Positions 20,566 through 31,597 of a stretch of 64,000 bases of DNA are shown one piece after another. Source of the DNA: Gammaproteobacteria bacterium (GTDB lineage: Bacteria; Pseudomonadota; Gammaproteobacteria; CAJXQU01); the NCBI GenBank assembly GCA_965238175.1, contig CBDEGZ010000003.1:2400001-2464000 (forward strand), read 5' to 3'. Both the position numbers and the translations under genes were made by a program. Under the pieces are notes generated by a model. That model was given only the letters and a program-made list of their open reading frames with translations. It was not told where the DNA came from and searched no databases. Each line of letters opens with the position of its first letter. The stretch's first letter is position 1.

Positions 20566-23500
20566 ATGAACTCCGAAATTAAACCATACACAAACAATCT
20601 ATCTCTAGAAGAAGTCATTCACCAACATACTTTAGGAAACCTGGAATCAGCCAGGATTGGTTACCAGTTGTTTATTGATCGTAACCAACAAGGTGCACTA
20701 CCTTATGTGAATCTTGCAGATATTTATATTCTTGAAAACAAAATAGAAGAAGCTTTAACGCTTACTAGAAAAGCGATCGAGATTGATCCGGAATTTCTTG
20801 ATGCCTATATAAAATTAGGCTATATCCTTGAATTATTAAAACAATCACAGATAAAACAACCCTATACTGAAGAAATTATTGATTGTTACAAAAAAACGAT
20901 TGAGCTTGATCCTGAAAATGCATCACCGCACTTTTTTTTAGGAAACATTTATAAAGGTCAAGGTAACATTGAAAAAGCAGAAAAACATTTTCAACAAGCA
21001 ACCAATATTAACCCTGACTTTTCTCACGCTCATTTAAACATAGCTATTCTATTCGTAAACCAACGACGATACGATTTAGCGGTCGACAGCTTCAGGAAAG
21101 CGTTTACTACAGATAAATTACTAAAAAGTGCCGTTTGTGCTTATTGGCATATACGCATGAGAATGTGTGATTGGTCTCAGTATTCAGAAATGTTGGGATC
21201 TATCAATAACGCAGTTGAAGAGGTCCAAAGTTTAAATGAAATACCTGATATTCTAAATACCATAACTCCTTTTACATTTTTAAATTTGTATGACAATCCA
21301 GAACTTCAGTTAAGCACATCCAAGCTCTATATACGTTCTGTTCAAAAAGCTCTTATAAAGGAAAACGAAGTAATAGAAGTTGAACACTCAATAAAACAAA
21401 ACATTATAACTAAGCTTGCATTTCTGTCAGCAGACTACCATAACCACGCAACCGCTTATCTAATAGCGGAACTTTTTGAATTATTTGATAAACAAAAGTT
21501 TGAGATACATGTTATTTCTTTTGATCCTGAGGGGCATGACTCGGCAATGCGTGAACGCATTGAAACAGCCAGCGATCATTTTCACGATGTTTGTTTAAAA
21601 AATGATAAAGAAATTGCACAGCTTATAGTTGATCAAAATATAGGTATCGCAATTGACCTAAAAGGATTTACCCAAAATAGTCGTCCTGCAATTTTAGCCT
21701 ATAAACCAGCACCTATTCAGGTCAACTATCTAGGTTACCCAAGTTCGATGGGAACAGATTTTATAGATTACATGATTGCAGATCCTTATGTGATCCCAGA
21801 ACAAGAACAAGTTTTTTATAGTGAAAAAATCGCGTACCTTCCAGATAGTTACCAGGTAAATGATCGACTTCGCCCAATACAAGCTAAAATTCCTTCACGT
21901 CTTGAATGCGGTTTGCCAGAAGAAGGATTTGTTTTTTGTAGCTTCAATAATAATTACAAAATCACTCCGGAAATATTTGATATTTGGATGGATCTTCTTA
22001 GAGAAATTCCCAATAGCATTTTGTGGTTACTAGAAGATAATGAATGGGCAAAAACTAATCTGCAGGCGGAGGCTAAATCAAGAGGGATTGATTCATCTCG
22101 TATAATATTTTCTAGTTTTCTCAGGTTAGATTATCACTTGGCTCGCGCTCAAAATGCAGACTTATTTTTAGATACTTTTCCCTGTAATGCACACACTACC
22201 GCCAGTGATGCACTATGGATAGGATTACCATTGATCACAAATAGTGGAAGAAGTTTTTCTTCGCGCGTCGCTGGGAGTTTGTTAACTGCTGCGGGCTTAC
22301 CCGAATTGATCACCACCAATCTTAATGATTACAAAACATTAGCATTTGAACTTGCCAACAATCCTGAAAAACTTAGCGAGATCAAATCCAAATTAATAAA
22401 CCAGCGTGAAACTTGTAAATTATTTGATACCGAACATTATAAAGATAACCTGCAAACAGCTTTTGAAGAAATGATCCGCTTGCGACAGAATCATTCAAGT
22501 AACGAGACATTTCATGTCTCTGAACTAGAAAATAAACCTGTACGAAAAATTACTCGATCAAATATAGTTTGTACACCCTACAATCTTGATGACACTTCAT
22601 CTTCACAAGAAATCACACTTCATGATGTGATCGAAAAACACCATAATGGTGATCTGGTTTATGCAAAAAAAGCCTATCAGGCATTTATTGATGCAAACCT
22701 GAATAATGTATTACCTTATTCCAATCTGGCCAGTATTTATTTTCAAGAGGGCAACGTAGAACAAGCCATTACTTTGTTGGAACAAGGATTGAAAATTAAT
22801 CCTATTTTTATTGATGGCTATATGAAGTTAGGTTCTTTACTAGAAATTAAAAAACAAGAAAACTACTTTGAAAGAGCATCCATCTGTTATAAGAAAGTAA
22901 TAGAGCTGGAACCTGACCATGCATTAGCACATTTCTCTCTTGGCAATATTTTAGCTGATAAAAACCAAAATGAAGGTGCAATATCGCATTTACAAAAAAC
23001 GATTGAGATCAACCCGAAATTTTCTCTCGCCAGCTTTAATTTAGGCATTATATATCTAAGTAAACAAGATCTGCTTAAAGCTGAAAAATATTTTATACAG
23101 GCATATCAGGTTGATCCATCAATGAAAAATGCGCTGGGAAAATGGTTTCATACACGCATGCATATGTGTGACTGGTCTGATTATAAGGAGATGTGTTCAT
23201 CCCTACAATTGGATAAAAATGGTTTAGGTAAAAGCATCTCAAATCAATCGTCAAATATTAGTAAAGTGTTTTCGCCTTTCTCATTGATTAATGTTCTTGA
23301 TGATCCACACATGCAATTAGAAATATCAAAAGAATATCTGGATATGAAAATAACAGATGTAGATACTTCAATAATTCTATATAAGGAACAAGAGTCTAAA
23401 AATAGAGGAGAGAATGATCTAATTAAAATTGCTTTTCTTTCATCTGATTTTCATGATCATGCAACCTCTTATTTGATGGTCGAAACTTTTGAATTATTTT

Positions 23501-26500
23501 CCAAAAAACAGTTTGAAACTCACGTCATCTCATTTGGAAAAGAAGATCACTCAAAAGTAAGAAAACGAATCAAATCATCATGCGATTATTTTTATGATGT
23601 CCAACAGAAAACAGATCTTGAAATAGCGAATCTAATAGTTGAAAAAAATATTGATATTGCCATTGATCTTAAAGGCTACACACAAGGTTGTCGCCCAGCA
23701 ATTTTAGCTTATCGTCCAGCACCTCTTCAGATAAATTATCTTGGTTACCCTGGCAGTATGAACGCTGATTTTATTGATTACATTATTGCAGATCCATTTA
23801 TTATTCCTAAGGAATTGCAATCAAACTACTCTGAAAAAATCATGTACATGCCTGATAGCTACCAGGTAAATGATCGTCGTCGTCCAGTACATGAAAAAAG
23901 ACCTTCACGTGAATCTTGTGGATTACCAACGGATGGTTTCGTATTTGCGTGCTTTAACAATAGCTACAAGATCACACCCGATGTTTTTCAGGTCTGGCTT
24001 GAGTTATTAAATGAAACACCTGGCAGCGTTCTATGGCTAATGGAAAGCAATAAGTGGGCAAAACATAATCTACTAAAACAAATAGAATCTCATGGCATCA
24101 ATCCAGCTAGATTGATTTTTGCTGAACAATTACCACTTGATTTTCATTTAGCCAGAATCCAAAACGCGGATCTTTTTCTTGATACTTTCCCATGTAATGC
24201 ACATACCACTGCTAGTGATGCACTTTGGGTAGGACTTCCACTAATAACATGCATTGGCAAAGGATTTGCATCACGAGTTGCAGGTAGTTTATTAAAGGCC
24301 GTAGATATTGAAAAATTAATCACTAGTGATCTTACTAGCTATAAAGCGGTAGCACTCGATCTTGCTCACCATCCTGAGAAACTTTATCAAATAAGATCAA
24401 AATTAATAAACAATAGATACACCTGTGCTTTATTCGATACAAAGCGGTTTCAAAATAATTTTCAGACAGGGCTCACACATATGGTTGATATAAATAAAAG
24501 AAGATCACAAACTGAAACATTTTATGTTTCTGATCTCTCTGACAAGCTAATCGATAACATGTTGACTGATCTTGCTGCTGAGAGTCCTCAAGTAGAAGAA
24601 AATAATACACCACCTATAAATATCGCACTGATTTTTCCCGAAAATTATCCACATTCTGATATTTTCAATGAAGTCGCAGAAACCCTTCTTTATGCATTTG
24701 ATAAAGTTGGTTTTAATACCTCTATCACAAAAAACACCTTCTTTAACGACGGAATAAATATCATTATTGGTGCAAATTTACTAAAAGAATCAGATATACA
24801 TCTGATTCCTGAGACCAGTATTATCTATAATTTTGAACAAATTACTGACAGCTCAGATTGGATGACTCCTACGCTTTATGAACTATTTCAACGTTTTCAA
24901 GTTTGGGATTATAGTCAAAAAAATATCGCCACACTTAAAGAAAAAGGATTTACCCGAGTTGGCCACATGCCTGTTGGATATGCTCCAAGTCTGACTCGTA
25001 TACCCAAAGCCACAGTACAAGATATTGATGTACTCTTTTATGGTTCAACAAATGAAAGACGATTAACCATTTTAAATCAATTAAAAACGGCGGGATTACG
25101 AATAGAAACACTTTATGGTGTTTATGGCTCAGAACGTGATGAATATATTTCACGCTCAAAATTAATTGTAAACATCCACTATTACGATAGTAATATATTT
25201 GAACAAGTACGTATCTCATATCTGTTGGCAAATAAGAAAGCCGTTGTCAGTGAATGCAGTGAAACAACCGATATTGATGATGATCTTAAAGATGCCGTTG
25301 CATTCGTGCCTTACGATAAAATCGTTGAAAAATGTATCGAACTAATCAATTCAGATCAAACTCGACTCGTTTTAGAAGAAAAAGGATTTGAACATTTTAA
25401 ATCCAGAGATCCTATTGAATATCTGCAAAATGCACTCCATGAGTTCAATCAAGAACCGTCCGAGCACGAACTTCTTAAAGAGGATCACTCCGAAATTACT
25501 GAGGATCATTCCGAAATTATTGAGGATCACTCCGAAATTACTGAGGATCATTCCGAAATTATTGAAGAACATTTGGAAAGAACAAACTTACCTTTTATTT
25601 CGATTCTAATCCCTACATACAATCATTCAAAATACATAGAAGCAGCTATCTTAAGTGCTCTGAAGCAGGAATACCCAAACTTTGAAGTAATCGTAGTAGA
25701 TGATGGATCTACAGATAACACTAAAAGTATTGTCGAAAGTATTGATGATGCAAGATTAAGATTGATTGTCAAAGAACATTCAGGAACACCTGCTACAAGA
25801 AATCGTTGTATCAGTGAAGCACAGGGAGATTATTTTCTGTGGCTGGACAGTGTTGATGAATTGATACCGAATGTTTTAATCAACTATGCAAATATACTTC
25901 AGGAAAATCCTGAAATGGATATTGTCTATGGTGATCTTGAAATACTTAATGAATCTGATGGGGAGAGTCAAATTCATTCTTATCCTGATCATCAAAACGA
26001 TCAACACCTTCTGCCCCACTTACTCAATAAATGTAACATGCCTAATAGTGGTTCATTAGTAAAAAGATCCATCCACAATCGCTATGGTGGATACGATGAT
26101 AATTTTCAGAATGCACATAATTATGATTTTTGGTGTCGTGTAGCGAAGCTTTCAAATTTCAAACACAGTGGCATGACTGCATATCGTTCCCAAATAGATG
26201 ACCCAAGCACGTCATCCGTGAAAACAAAACATGACTATTCATTCGAAGCTGCCATTGTCAAAAAGACATGTAACCGTTTAGGTATTCGTGAATTATCTCC
26301 AGAGTTAGATTGGTCAAATGAAAATCAGGCTTATACCAAAGCATGGCTGAAAATTGGAACAATTCTACAACGTCTCCAAGACTACGAAAATGCACTCGTC
26401 GCTTTTGAACAAGCTCTAAAAACCACACACAATAATGAAGAGCTTCGACTCGAAGTGAAAAATGCGGTTCAGAATCTAATTACCGTCGCTAAGAATACTG

Positions 26501-27945
26501 TTACGGATAATAGTCAAAAATCTCAAACAGAAGAATATATTCTCCCACTGGAAATCAATAAAAAAAGTCTTGGAATAGATCCTCTCGTTTCAGTTATTGT
26601 GTATAACATAACTGATAGTGATCGGATCACCAGTGCATTACAGTCACTCATAGAACAAACTTATACCAATTGGCAAGCAATTGTTGTTAACGACAATGAT
26701 GCTGAACAACATTCAACGATGGATCCGTTTGAAAGAATTCTATTTATTGAGACACCAAATGAATTAAATATTGCGGAAACATTAAACACTGCTTTACCTT
26801 TTACCGAAGGTTCTATTATTTGTTATCTTGATGGTGGAAAATTTAAAGCCGAACATTTTGAGACATTAGTTAGTGAACTTAAAAATGGAGATGTAGAATT
26901 TGTATACAGCAAAACAACCTCACCAGATCAAAATAATACTAGTTCCCAGACCTCCGACTGCGATTCTTTATCAAAGATAATTTATTCTAAAGATCTTCTT
27001 GATGTCACTAACTTCATTCCAATAAGTACCTGGGGTCACCGACGTGATCTATTAGAAAAGTCTGGCCTTTTCGATGGTGATCTGAATGCGTTAGAAGATT
27101 GGGAAATGTTATTAAGGTTCTCTCGATTAACCAATATTAAACAACTATCAAAATCTACTGTTGTTGTTATTGATCAAGAATCGGAGACTGAAGAAAATAA
27201 TGACACTAATAGCAATCTATATAAGCAGTTATATAAACGCTACCCTATTGATAATAATGACGTCGAAAATGATAAGACTGAATTATTAGAATCATTGACT
27301 CCTATTAAGACTCCTGAAGTAGTAGAAGCAGAAGTTGAACAACCCGATCCAATCAATATTCCGAATAAAATTAATATCGGTAGTGGTAAAGATTTCAAAC
27401 AAGATTGTTTAAATATAGATATATCTGAAAATAGCAACCCCGACATTGTTGCTGATCTTAGTGATCAAAATCTGATCGGCCGTGTTATAAAAAGCAAACG
27501 CTTTGAAGATATTTCTTTTGATAAAAATAAATTTGATGAGATCATAGCGAATGATGTTTTGGAGCATATACCTGATCTCGTTTCTGCAATGACGAATTGT
27601 TTAGATTTATTGAAAATCGGTGGTCAATTCAATATCAATGTCCCTTACGATCTTTCATATGGTGCATGGCAAGACCCCACCCATGTTCGTGCCTTTAATG
27701 AACGCAGTTGGCTTTACTACACAGACTGGTATTGGTATCTCGGTTGGAAAGAGTCTCGTTTCGATATGACAAAGTTAGATTTCACTCTAAGTCCTACTGG
27801 TATAAAAATGCAACAAGATGGGAAAACAACTGAGCAGATTCTTACTCAGCCTAGAGCGGTAGATAGTATGTCCATCGTACTAACAAAAAGGTTACTTACC
27901 GAGAAAGAAAAAACTAATGGTCAACATAGAATGAAAGGAGTTTGA
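20566..27945 (+). CDS. Giant multidomain glycosyltransferase: 2x (TPR + GT41/OGT-SPINDLY-like), GT-B-like domain, 2x GT2-like, class I SAM methyltransferase
   Basis: Duplicated FLSxDxHxHAT, DLKGxT, QxNYLGYP, FNNxYKI and LDTFPCNAHTTASDALW; IDVLFYGS...R domain; SILIPTYN...VVDDGSTD; SVIV...W..IVVND; C-terminal INIGSG...DVLEH...DPTH. Confidence 0.88.
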   Translation: MNSEIKPYTNNLSLEEVIHQHTLGNLESARIGYQLFIDRNQQGALPYVNLADIYILENKIEEALTLTRKAIEIDPEFLDAYIKLGYILELLKQSQIKQPYTEEIIDCYKKTIELDPENASPHFFLGNIYKGQGNIEKAEKHFQQATNINPDFSHAHLNIAILFVNQRRYDLAVDSFRKAFTTDKLLKSAVCAYWHIRMRMCDWSQYSEMLGSINNAVEEVQSLNEIPDILNTITPFTFLNLYDNPELQLSTSKLYIRSVQKALIKENEVIEVEHSIKQNIITKLAFLSADYHNHATAYLIAELFELFDKQKFEIHVISFDPEGHDSAMRERIETASDHFHDVCLKNDKEIAQLIVDQNIGIAIDLKGFTQNSRPAILAYKPAPIQVNYLGYPSSMGTDFIDYMIADPYVIPEQEQVFYSEKIAYLPDSYQVNDRLRPIQAKIPSRLECGLPEEGFVFCSFNNNYKITPEIFDIWMDLLREIPNSILWLLEDNEWAKTNLQAEAKSRGIDSSRIIFSSFLRLDYHLARAQNADLFLDTFPCNAHTTASDALWIGLPLITNSGRSFSSRVAGSLLTAAGLPELITTNLNDYKTLAFELANNPEKLSEIKSKLINQRETCKLFDTEHYKDNLQTAFEEMIRLRQNHSSNETFHVSELENKPVRKITRSNIVCTPYNLDDTSSSQEITLHDVIEKHHNGDLVYAKKAYQAFIDANLNNVLPYSNLASIYFQEGNVEQAITLLEQGLKINPIFIDGYMKLGSLLEIKKQENYFERASICYKKVIELEPDHALAHFSLGNILADKNQNEGAISHLQKTIEINPKFSLASFNLGIIYLSKQDLLKAEKYFIQAYQVDPSMKNALGKWFHTRMHMCDWSDYKEMCSSLQLDKNGLGKSISNQSSNISKVFSPFSLINVLDDPHMQLEISKEYLDMKITDVDTSIILYKEQESKNRGENDLIKIAFLSSDFHDHATSYLMVETFELFSKKQFETHVISFGKEDHSKVRKRIKSSCDYFYDVQQKTDLEIANLIVEKNIDIAIDLKGYTQGCRPAILAYRPAPLQINYLGYPGSMNADFIDYIIADPFIIPKELQSNYSEKIMYMPDSYQVNDRRRPVHEKRPSRESCGLPTDGFVFACFNNSYKITPDVFQVWLELLNETPGSVLWLMESNKWAKHNLLKQIESHGINPARLIFAEQLPLDFHLARIQNADLFLDTFPCNAHTTASDALWVGLPLITCIGKGFASRVAGSLLKAVDIEKLITSDLTSYKAVALDLAHHPEKLYQIRSKLINNRYTCALFDTKRFQNNFQTGLTHMVDINKRRSQTETFYVSDLSDKLIDNMLTDLAAESPQVEENNTPPINIALIFPENYPHSDIFNEVAETLLYAFDKVGFNTSITKNTFFNDGINIIIGANLLKESDIHLIPETSIIYNFEQITDSSDWMTPTLYELFQRFQVWDYSQKNIATLKEKGFTRVGHMPVGYAPSLTRIPKATVQDIDVLFYGSTNERRLTILNQLKTAGLRIETLYGVYGSERDEYISRSKLIVNIHYYDSNIFEQVRISYLLANKKAVVSECSETTDIDDDLKDAVAFVPYDKIVEKCIELINSDQTRLVLEEKGFEHFKSRDPIEYLQNALHEFNQEPSEHELLKEDHSEITEDHSEIIEDHSEITEDHSEIIEEHLERTNLPFISILIPTYNHSKYIEAAILSALKQEYPNFEVIVVDDGSTDNTKSIVESIDDARLRLIVKEHSGTPATRNRCISEAQGDYFLWLDSVDELIPNVLINYANILQENPEMDIVYGDLEILNESDGESQIHSYPDHQNDQHLLPHLLNKCNMPNSGSLVKRSIHNRYGGYDDNFQNAHNYDFWCRVAKLSNFKHSGMTAYRSQIDDPSTSSVKTKHDYSFEAAIVKKTCNRLGIRELSPELDWSNENQAYTKAWLKIGTILQRLQDYENALVAFEQALKTTHNNEELRLEVKNAVQNLITVAKNTVTDNSQKSQTEEYILPLEINKKSLGIDPLVSVIVYNITDSDRITSALQSLIEQTYTNWQAIVVNDNDAEQHSTMDPFERILFIETPNELNIAETLNTALPFTEGSIICYLDGGKFKAEHFETLVSELKNGDVEFVYSKTTSPDQNNTSSQTSDCDSLSKIIYSKDLLDVTNFIPISTWGHRRDLLEKSGLFDGDLNALEDWEMLLRFSRLTNIKQLSKSTVVVIDQESETEENNDTNSNLYKQLYKRYPIDNNDVENDKTELLESLTPIKTPEVVEAEVEQPDPINIPNKINIGSGKDFKQDCLNIDISENSNPDIVADLSDQNLIGRVIKSKRFEDISFDKNKFDEIIANDVLEHIPDLVSAMTNCLDLLKIGGQFNINVPYDLSYGAWQDPTHVRAFNERSWLYYTDWYWYLGWKESRFDMTKLDFTLSPTGIKMQQDGKTTEQILTQPRAVDSMSIVLTKRLLTEKEKTNGQHRMKGV
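25480..25563 (+). repeat. In-frame 21-bp tandem repeat x4 (two 42-bp units) encoding EDHSEIT/EDHSEII linker
   Basis: gaggatcactccgaaattact / gaggatcattccgaaattatt alternating. Confidence 0.95.
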
Positions 27946-28748
27946 TAATGTCTGGTTTAGCTATACAAGAAAATCACGAAACACTTTCAACCATACCAAA
28001 TCAAGAAATGCGAGACCACTATCTGGATCTTATGCACCGCTGTCTTTTGAATATGATTTATGGTGACCCAAGCCAAGACCCTTGGTCAAGTGGAAAATAC
28101 AACGAAGAGTTGAGGATCAGTGGTCGCGATTGGCCCTCAATAGCACATACCATGATTGGGCATTATAGAATGTTAAATATTCGTTTAGTTATGGAACATG
28201 TATTAGAAAACAACATCCCAGGAGATTTTATAGAAACAGGTGTCTGGCGAGGCGGAGCTTGTATTTATGCTCGTGCAATCATAAAAGCTTTTGGAGATAA
28301 AAAACGAAAAGTTTGGGTTGCTGATAGCTTTGAAGGACTACCAAAACCTGATGAAAAAAAATATCCTGCTGACAAAGGTGATGAACATTACACATACGAT
28401 CAACTTAGTATAACAATAGAGGATGTTAAAAATAATTTTTTGGCTTACGATCTTCTAGATAATCAGGTGAAATTTTTAAAAGGATGGTTTAAAGATACTT
28501 TACCAACAGCTCCCATCGATAAAATTGCTGTATTACGGCTTGATGGTGATATGTATGAATCTACTATGGATGGTCTCAACAATCTTTATCACAAAGTATC
28601 CCCTGATGGTTTTGTAATTGTGGATGATTATGGTGCTGTCGCAGCCTGCGCACAAGCAGTAACCGATTTTCGCAACGAGAATGAAGTTATTGATCCAATA
28701 AAGAATATCGACGGTATAGGTGTCTACTGGCAAAAATCACTGAAATGA
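27942..28748 (+). CDS. TylF/MycF/NovP-family sugar O-methyltransferase
   Basis: GRDWP..AHTMIG, GDFIETGVWRGG, DSFEGLP, GWFKDTLP, LRLDGDMYEST, VDDY. Confidence 0.92.
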   Translation: MIMSGLAIQENHETLSTIPNQEMRDHYLDLMHRCLLNMIYGDPSQDPWSSGKYNEELRISGRDWPSIAHTMIGHYRMLNIRLVMEHVLENNIPGDFIETGVWRGGACIYARAIIKAFGDKKRKVWVADSFEGLPKPDEKKYPADKGDEHYTYDQLSITIEDVKNNFLAYDLLDNQVKFLKGWFKDTLPTAPIDKIAVLRLDGDMYESTMDGLNNLYHKVSPDGFVIVDDYGAVAACAQAVTDFRNENEVIDPIKNIDGIGVYWQKSLK

Positions 28749-28993
28749 ATGTCCGTAGATAATCTTACAAGTGATATTAAATGCAATTAGTTAAGCATGA
28801 TAATCTTGAGGACAAGCATTCTCATTTTTCGCACGTTTTCTTTTAGATCAATTTTGCCCACAAAAAAGGCTTTCCATATTACTAGAATATTCATTCAAAA
28901 CCGCTTCAAATAATTTTCGTATTAATGCAAGTTTACTTTCTTAAAAAGATATAACGGCTTGCTGAAAATGATATCCATTTGTTAAATTAATTA

Positions 28994-29899
28994 TTAAATA
29001 AAGTTAAATAAACTTAACTCTTGAACCTTAACAAAAGTTTGTTGTGCAGCTTGTAAACTAATTTGTAATTGTTGCAATTTCAGTGCTGTTTCAGTTAAGT
29101 CAACATCATTTATTTCTGATCGTTGATCTTTCAGTAACTTGGTCACTTGTGTATTTATTTCTTGCTCATTTTCGATCAATCCGATCCGACTGACGATACT
29201 ATTTCTAACCGTGGTCAATTTATCCCTGGCAATGGCAAGATCAGTCGTTGCCGTATTAGTCGCAGTCTCAATTACTGCAGATGTTGATAATGGATCTTCT
29301 AACACAGCAACTAAATCTTCGACTATTCTAAATAATGAAAGCCCGCCATTAATGTTTTCAAAGACCTCTTCACCAGAGTTTCCATCAGCGACACGCCGAC
29401 CATCCGCAATTTGAATGCTTCTTTGACCCGCATCACCGTTGTAGACAATATTCGCACCTGAGTCATCAAAAGGTTCGGTATTTACATCATGCCCAGCATA
29501 TAAATAATCACCATTTGCATCTCTTGTATTAGCAAGATCTGTAATTACAGAAAGTTCATTACGTAGTTGCACTGCAAGCTGTGCGCTGCTAGTCGCATCT
29601 TTCGCTAAGGAACCGAATACCAATCCATTTAGTCGTTCAACTGCTGTTGCTACACCATCCAATGCCGTCTCGGATTGCCTAAGGCGGTTTGATGCAAAAT
29701 CACCATTCGTTTTGAACTGATCATTACGATCAATTGCTCGATCAATATTAACCAGACGTGTTGCACCAGCCGGGTTATCTGAAGGTGACAAAATTTTTGA
29801 TCCTGTACCCAATTGCTGCTGTAGTTTGGCTAGATCAGCATTTTGTTTACTAAGACCTGCCAGGTTAGTGGCATAAAGTTGGGAAGTAGAAACTCTCAT
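28994..29899 (-). CDS. flgL: Flagellar hook-associated protein 3
   Basis: MRVST, TGSKILSPSDNP, NGDYLYAG, YNGD, C-terminal LSLFNFI. Confidence 0.95.
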   Translation of the reverse strand: MRVSTSQLYATNLAGLSKQNADLAKLQQQLGTGSKILSPSDNPAGATRLVNIDRAIDRNDQFKTNGDFASNRLRQSETALDGVATAVERLNGLVFGSLAKDATSSAQLAVQLRNELSVITDLANTRDANGDYLYAGHDVNTEPFDDSGANIVYNGDAGQRSIQIADGRRVADGNSGEEVFENINGGLSLFRIVEDLVAVLEDPLSTSAVIETATNTATTDLAIARDKLTTVRNSIVSRIGLIENEQEINTQVTKLLKDQRSEINDVDLTETALKLQQLQISLQAAQQTFVKVQELSLFNFI

Positions 29900-29930
29900 A
29901 ATCTATACTCCTTATAAATTATTTATTCGT

Positions 29931-31568
29931 TTATCGTACGGCCTGTAACAAGGTGCCGAACAGCTCATTACCTACGGATATAACTTGAGCGGCTGCTTGA
30001 TAAGCCTGTTGAAATTTAAGCAGGTCAGCCGCCTCTTCATCGAGGTTAACACCTGAAACATTATCACGCGCTTCGATGGCACTTTGCTCCACAGCCTGCG
30101 TAGCTTCAAGACTAGTCTTTGCTTGACGACTCTTCGTTCCTATATCACTAATCAACAAACTATAAGCATCATTAAAAGTTGAATTGCCACCATCCAAAGT
30201 CTTGTCCAATTGTAAACCTGCCAATGCCAGCGCGTTGGTATTATCGCCAACCCCCGTGAATGGATTAGCTGCTGCTGCGATCTCCTGCGGATCGGTAATC
30301 GATACACCGAACTGACCAGCTATCGCTCGCGTCGGCTGGATCAAAAAACTATCCGTTGCTGCCGCACCAGTGGTGACAGTTATCGACAAACCGTCAACAG
30401 ATAACGTTGGCCCTGCCCCAAGGTTTGTTTGAGTATTATCTGAAAGTCGGGTTGAAAAATAATTTGTACCATCAAATGTAATTCGATAATCAGATGTAGT
30501 TAATTGATCCACTTGCGCAGGGTTAAATGCAACTGTCAACGCACCTGTCACTGTTCCTTCACCCTGTGCGACCGGAGCAGGTGTGATTGAAAATAAATCT
30601 CCACCTACCACACCATTTAAATCTGTTCCTGCTGCCTGTTGAGCATTAAATCTCAATGCAATTCCTGCAGCCAGGCGACCGAGTGAATTACGAGTCTTAT
30701 CTAAAACGTCCGTCCGTACATTTAAAAGACCACCAAGTTCACCCGTTTTAATAGTGTCAGTTATCACAACGTTACTACCACCAACAGCATAAGTGACATC
30801 CAGCTTTGAAGGATTTAAAGGATCTGCTTGAGTGGATAATTGGCTACTATTTGATCCATTTACCAAAACCTGACCACCCTTGGTCGTAATGTTTAGACCG
30901 CCACTCGTTTGCCTGTTGGTGTTGATGCCAATCAAACTCGACAGTTCTGTCACCGCTTTATCTAATTGATCATTTAAACTATTTGATCCACGACTACCAG
31001 AAATGCCATTAACACGCGCAAGACTATTGTTGATCTCCGCAATATTTGAGGTCAATGAATTTATTTGACTAACCTTCGCTTGTAACTCTTGATCAATCCC
31101 TTCATCAAATTGATCGATGATTGCATTTAGAGAATTAAACTTTGCCGATAGAGATTCCGCACTCCCGAGCAGCGCCTGTCGAGTTGGCAGAGAAGATGGA
31201 TCATTAGCAAGCGCATTTACGGAATTAAAAAAATCTTGCAAGGAAGGCGATAAACCCGTAGATTCATTAGCAAGTATCTTATCGACTTGTGAAGAATAGG
31301 TGTTATAACTCGCAACAGTACCAACGTTAGTCGTACTCGTCTGAACATTACTATTCAGAAATTCATTCACTACGCGTGAAACTTGATCTATATTAACACC
31401 TCTACCGAGAGTCAAACCGCCAATCGTTTGATCCTGCCTTGCTGATAGATCAACTCTTTGACGAGAATAACCTGGAGTATTGACGTTGGTTATATTATTC
31501 CCAGTTGTAGACAATGCTTGCTGTGCAGCCCGTAAACCTGACACTCCAATACCTAATATATCACCCAT
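29931..31568 (-). CDS. flgK: Flagellar hook-associated protein 1
   Basis: GNNITNVNTPGYSRQ and SGVNLDEEAADLLKFQQAYQAAA. Confidence 0.96.
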   Translation of the reverse strand: MGDILGIGVSGLRAAQQALSTTGNNITNVNTPGYSRQRVDLSARQDQTIGGLTLGRGVNIDQVSRVVNEFLNSNVQTSTTNVGTVASYNTYSSQVDKILANESTGLSPSLQDFFNSVNALANDPSSLPTRQALLGSAESLSAKFNSLNAIIDQFDEGIDQELQAKVSQINSLTSNIAEINNSLARVNGISGSRGSNSLNDQLDKAVTELSSLIGINTNRQTSGGLNITTKGGQVLVNGSNSSQLSTQADPLNPSKLDVTYAVGGSNVVITDTIKTGELGGLLNVRTDVLDKTRNSLGRLAAGIALRFNAQQAAGTDLNGVVGGDLFSITPAPVAQGEGTVTGALTVAFNPAQVDQLTTSDYRITFDGTNYFSTRLSDNTQTNLGAGPTLSVDGLSITVTTGAAATDSFLIQPTRAIAGQFGVSITDPQEIAAAANPFTGVGDNTNALALAGLQLDKTLDGGNSTFNDAYSLLISDIGTKSRQAKTSLEATQAVEQSAIEARDNVSGVNLDEEAADLLKFQQAYQAAAQVISVGNELFGTLLQAVR

Positions 31569-31597
31569 TTTAAGCCTCCTGTGCTCTTACTCATCAA

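Noticed and set aside
25480-25563. Tandem repeat as a CRISPR array
   Set aside because: No spacers, in-frame coding repeat, and no cas genes in the window
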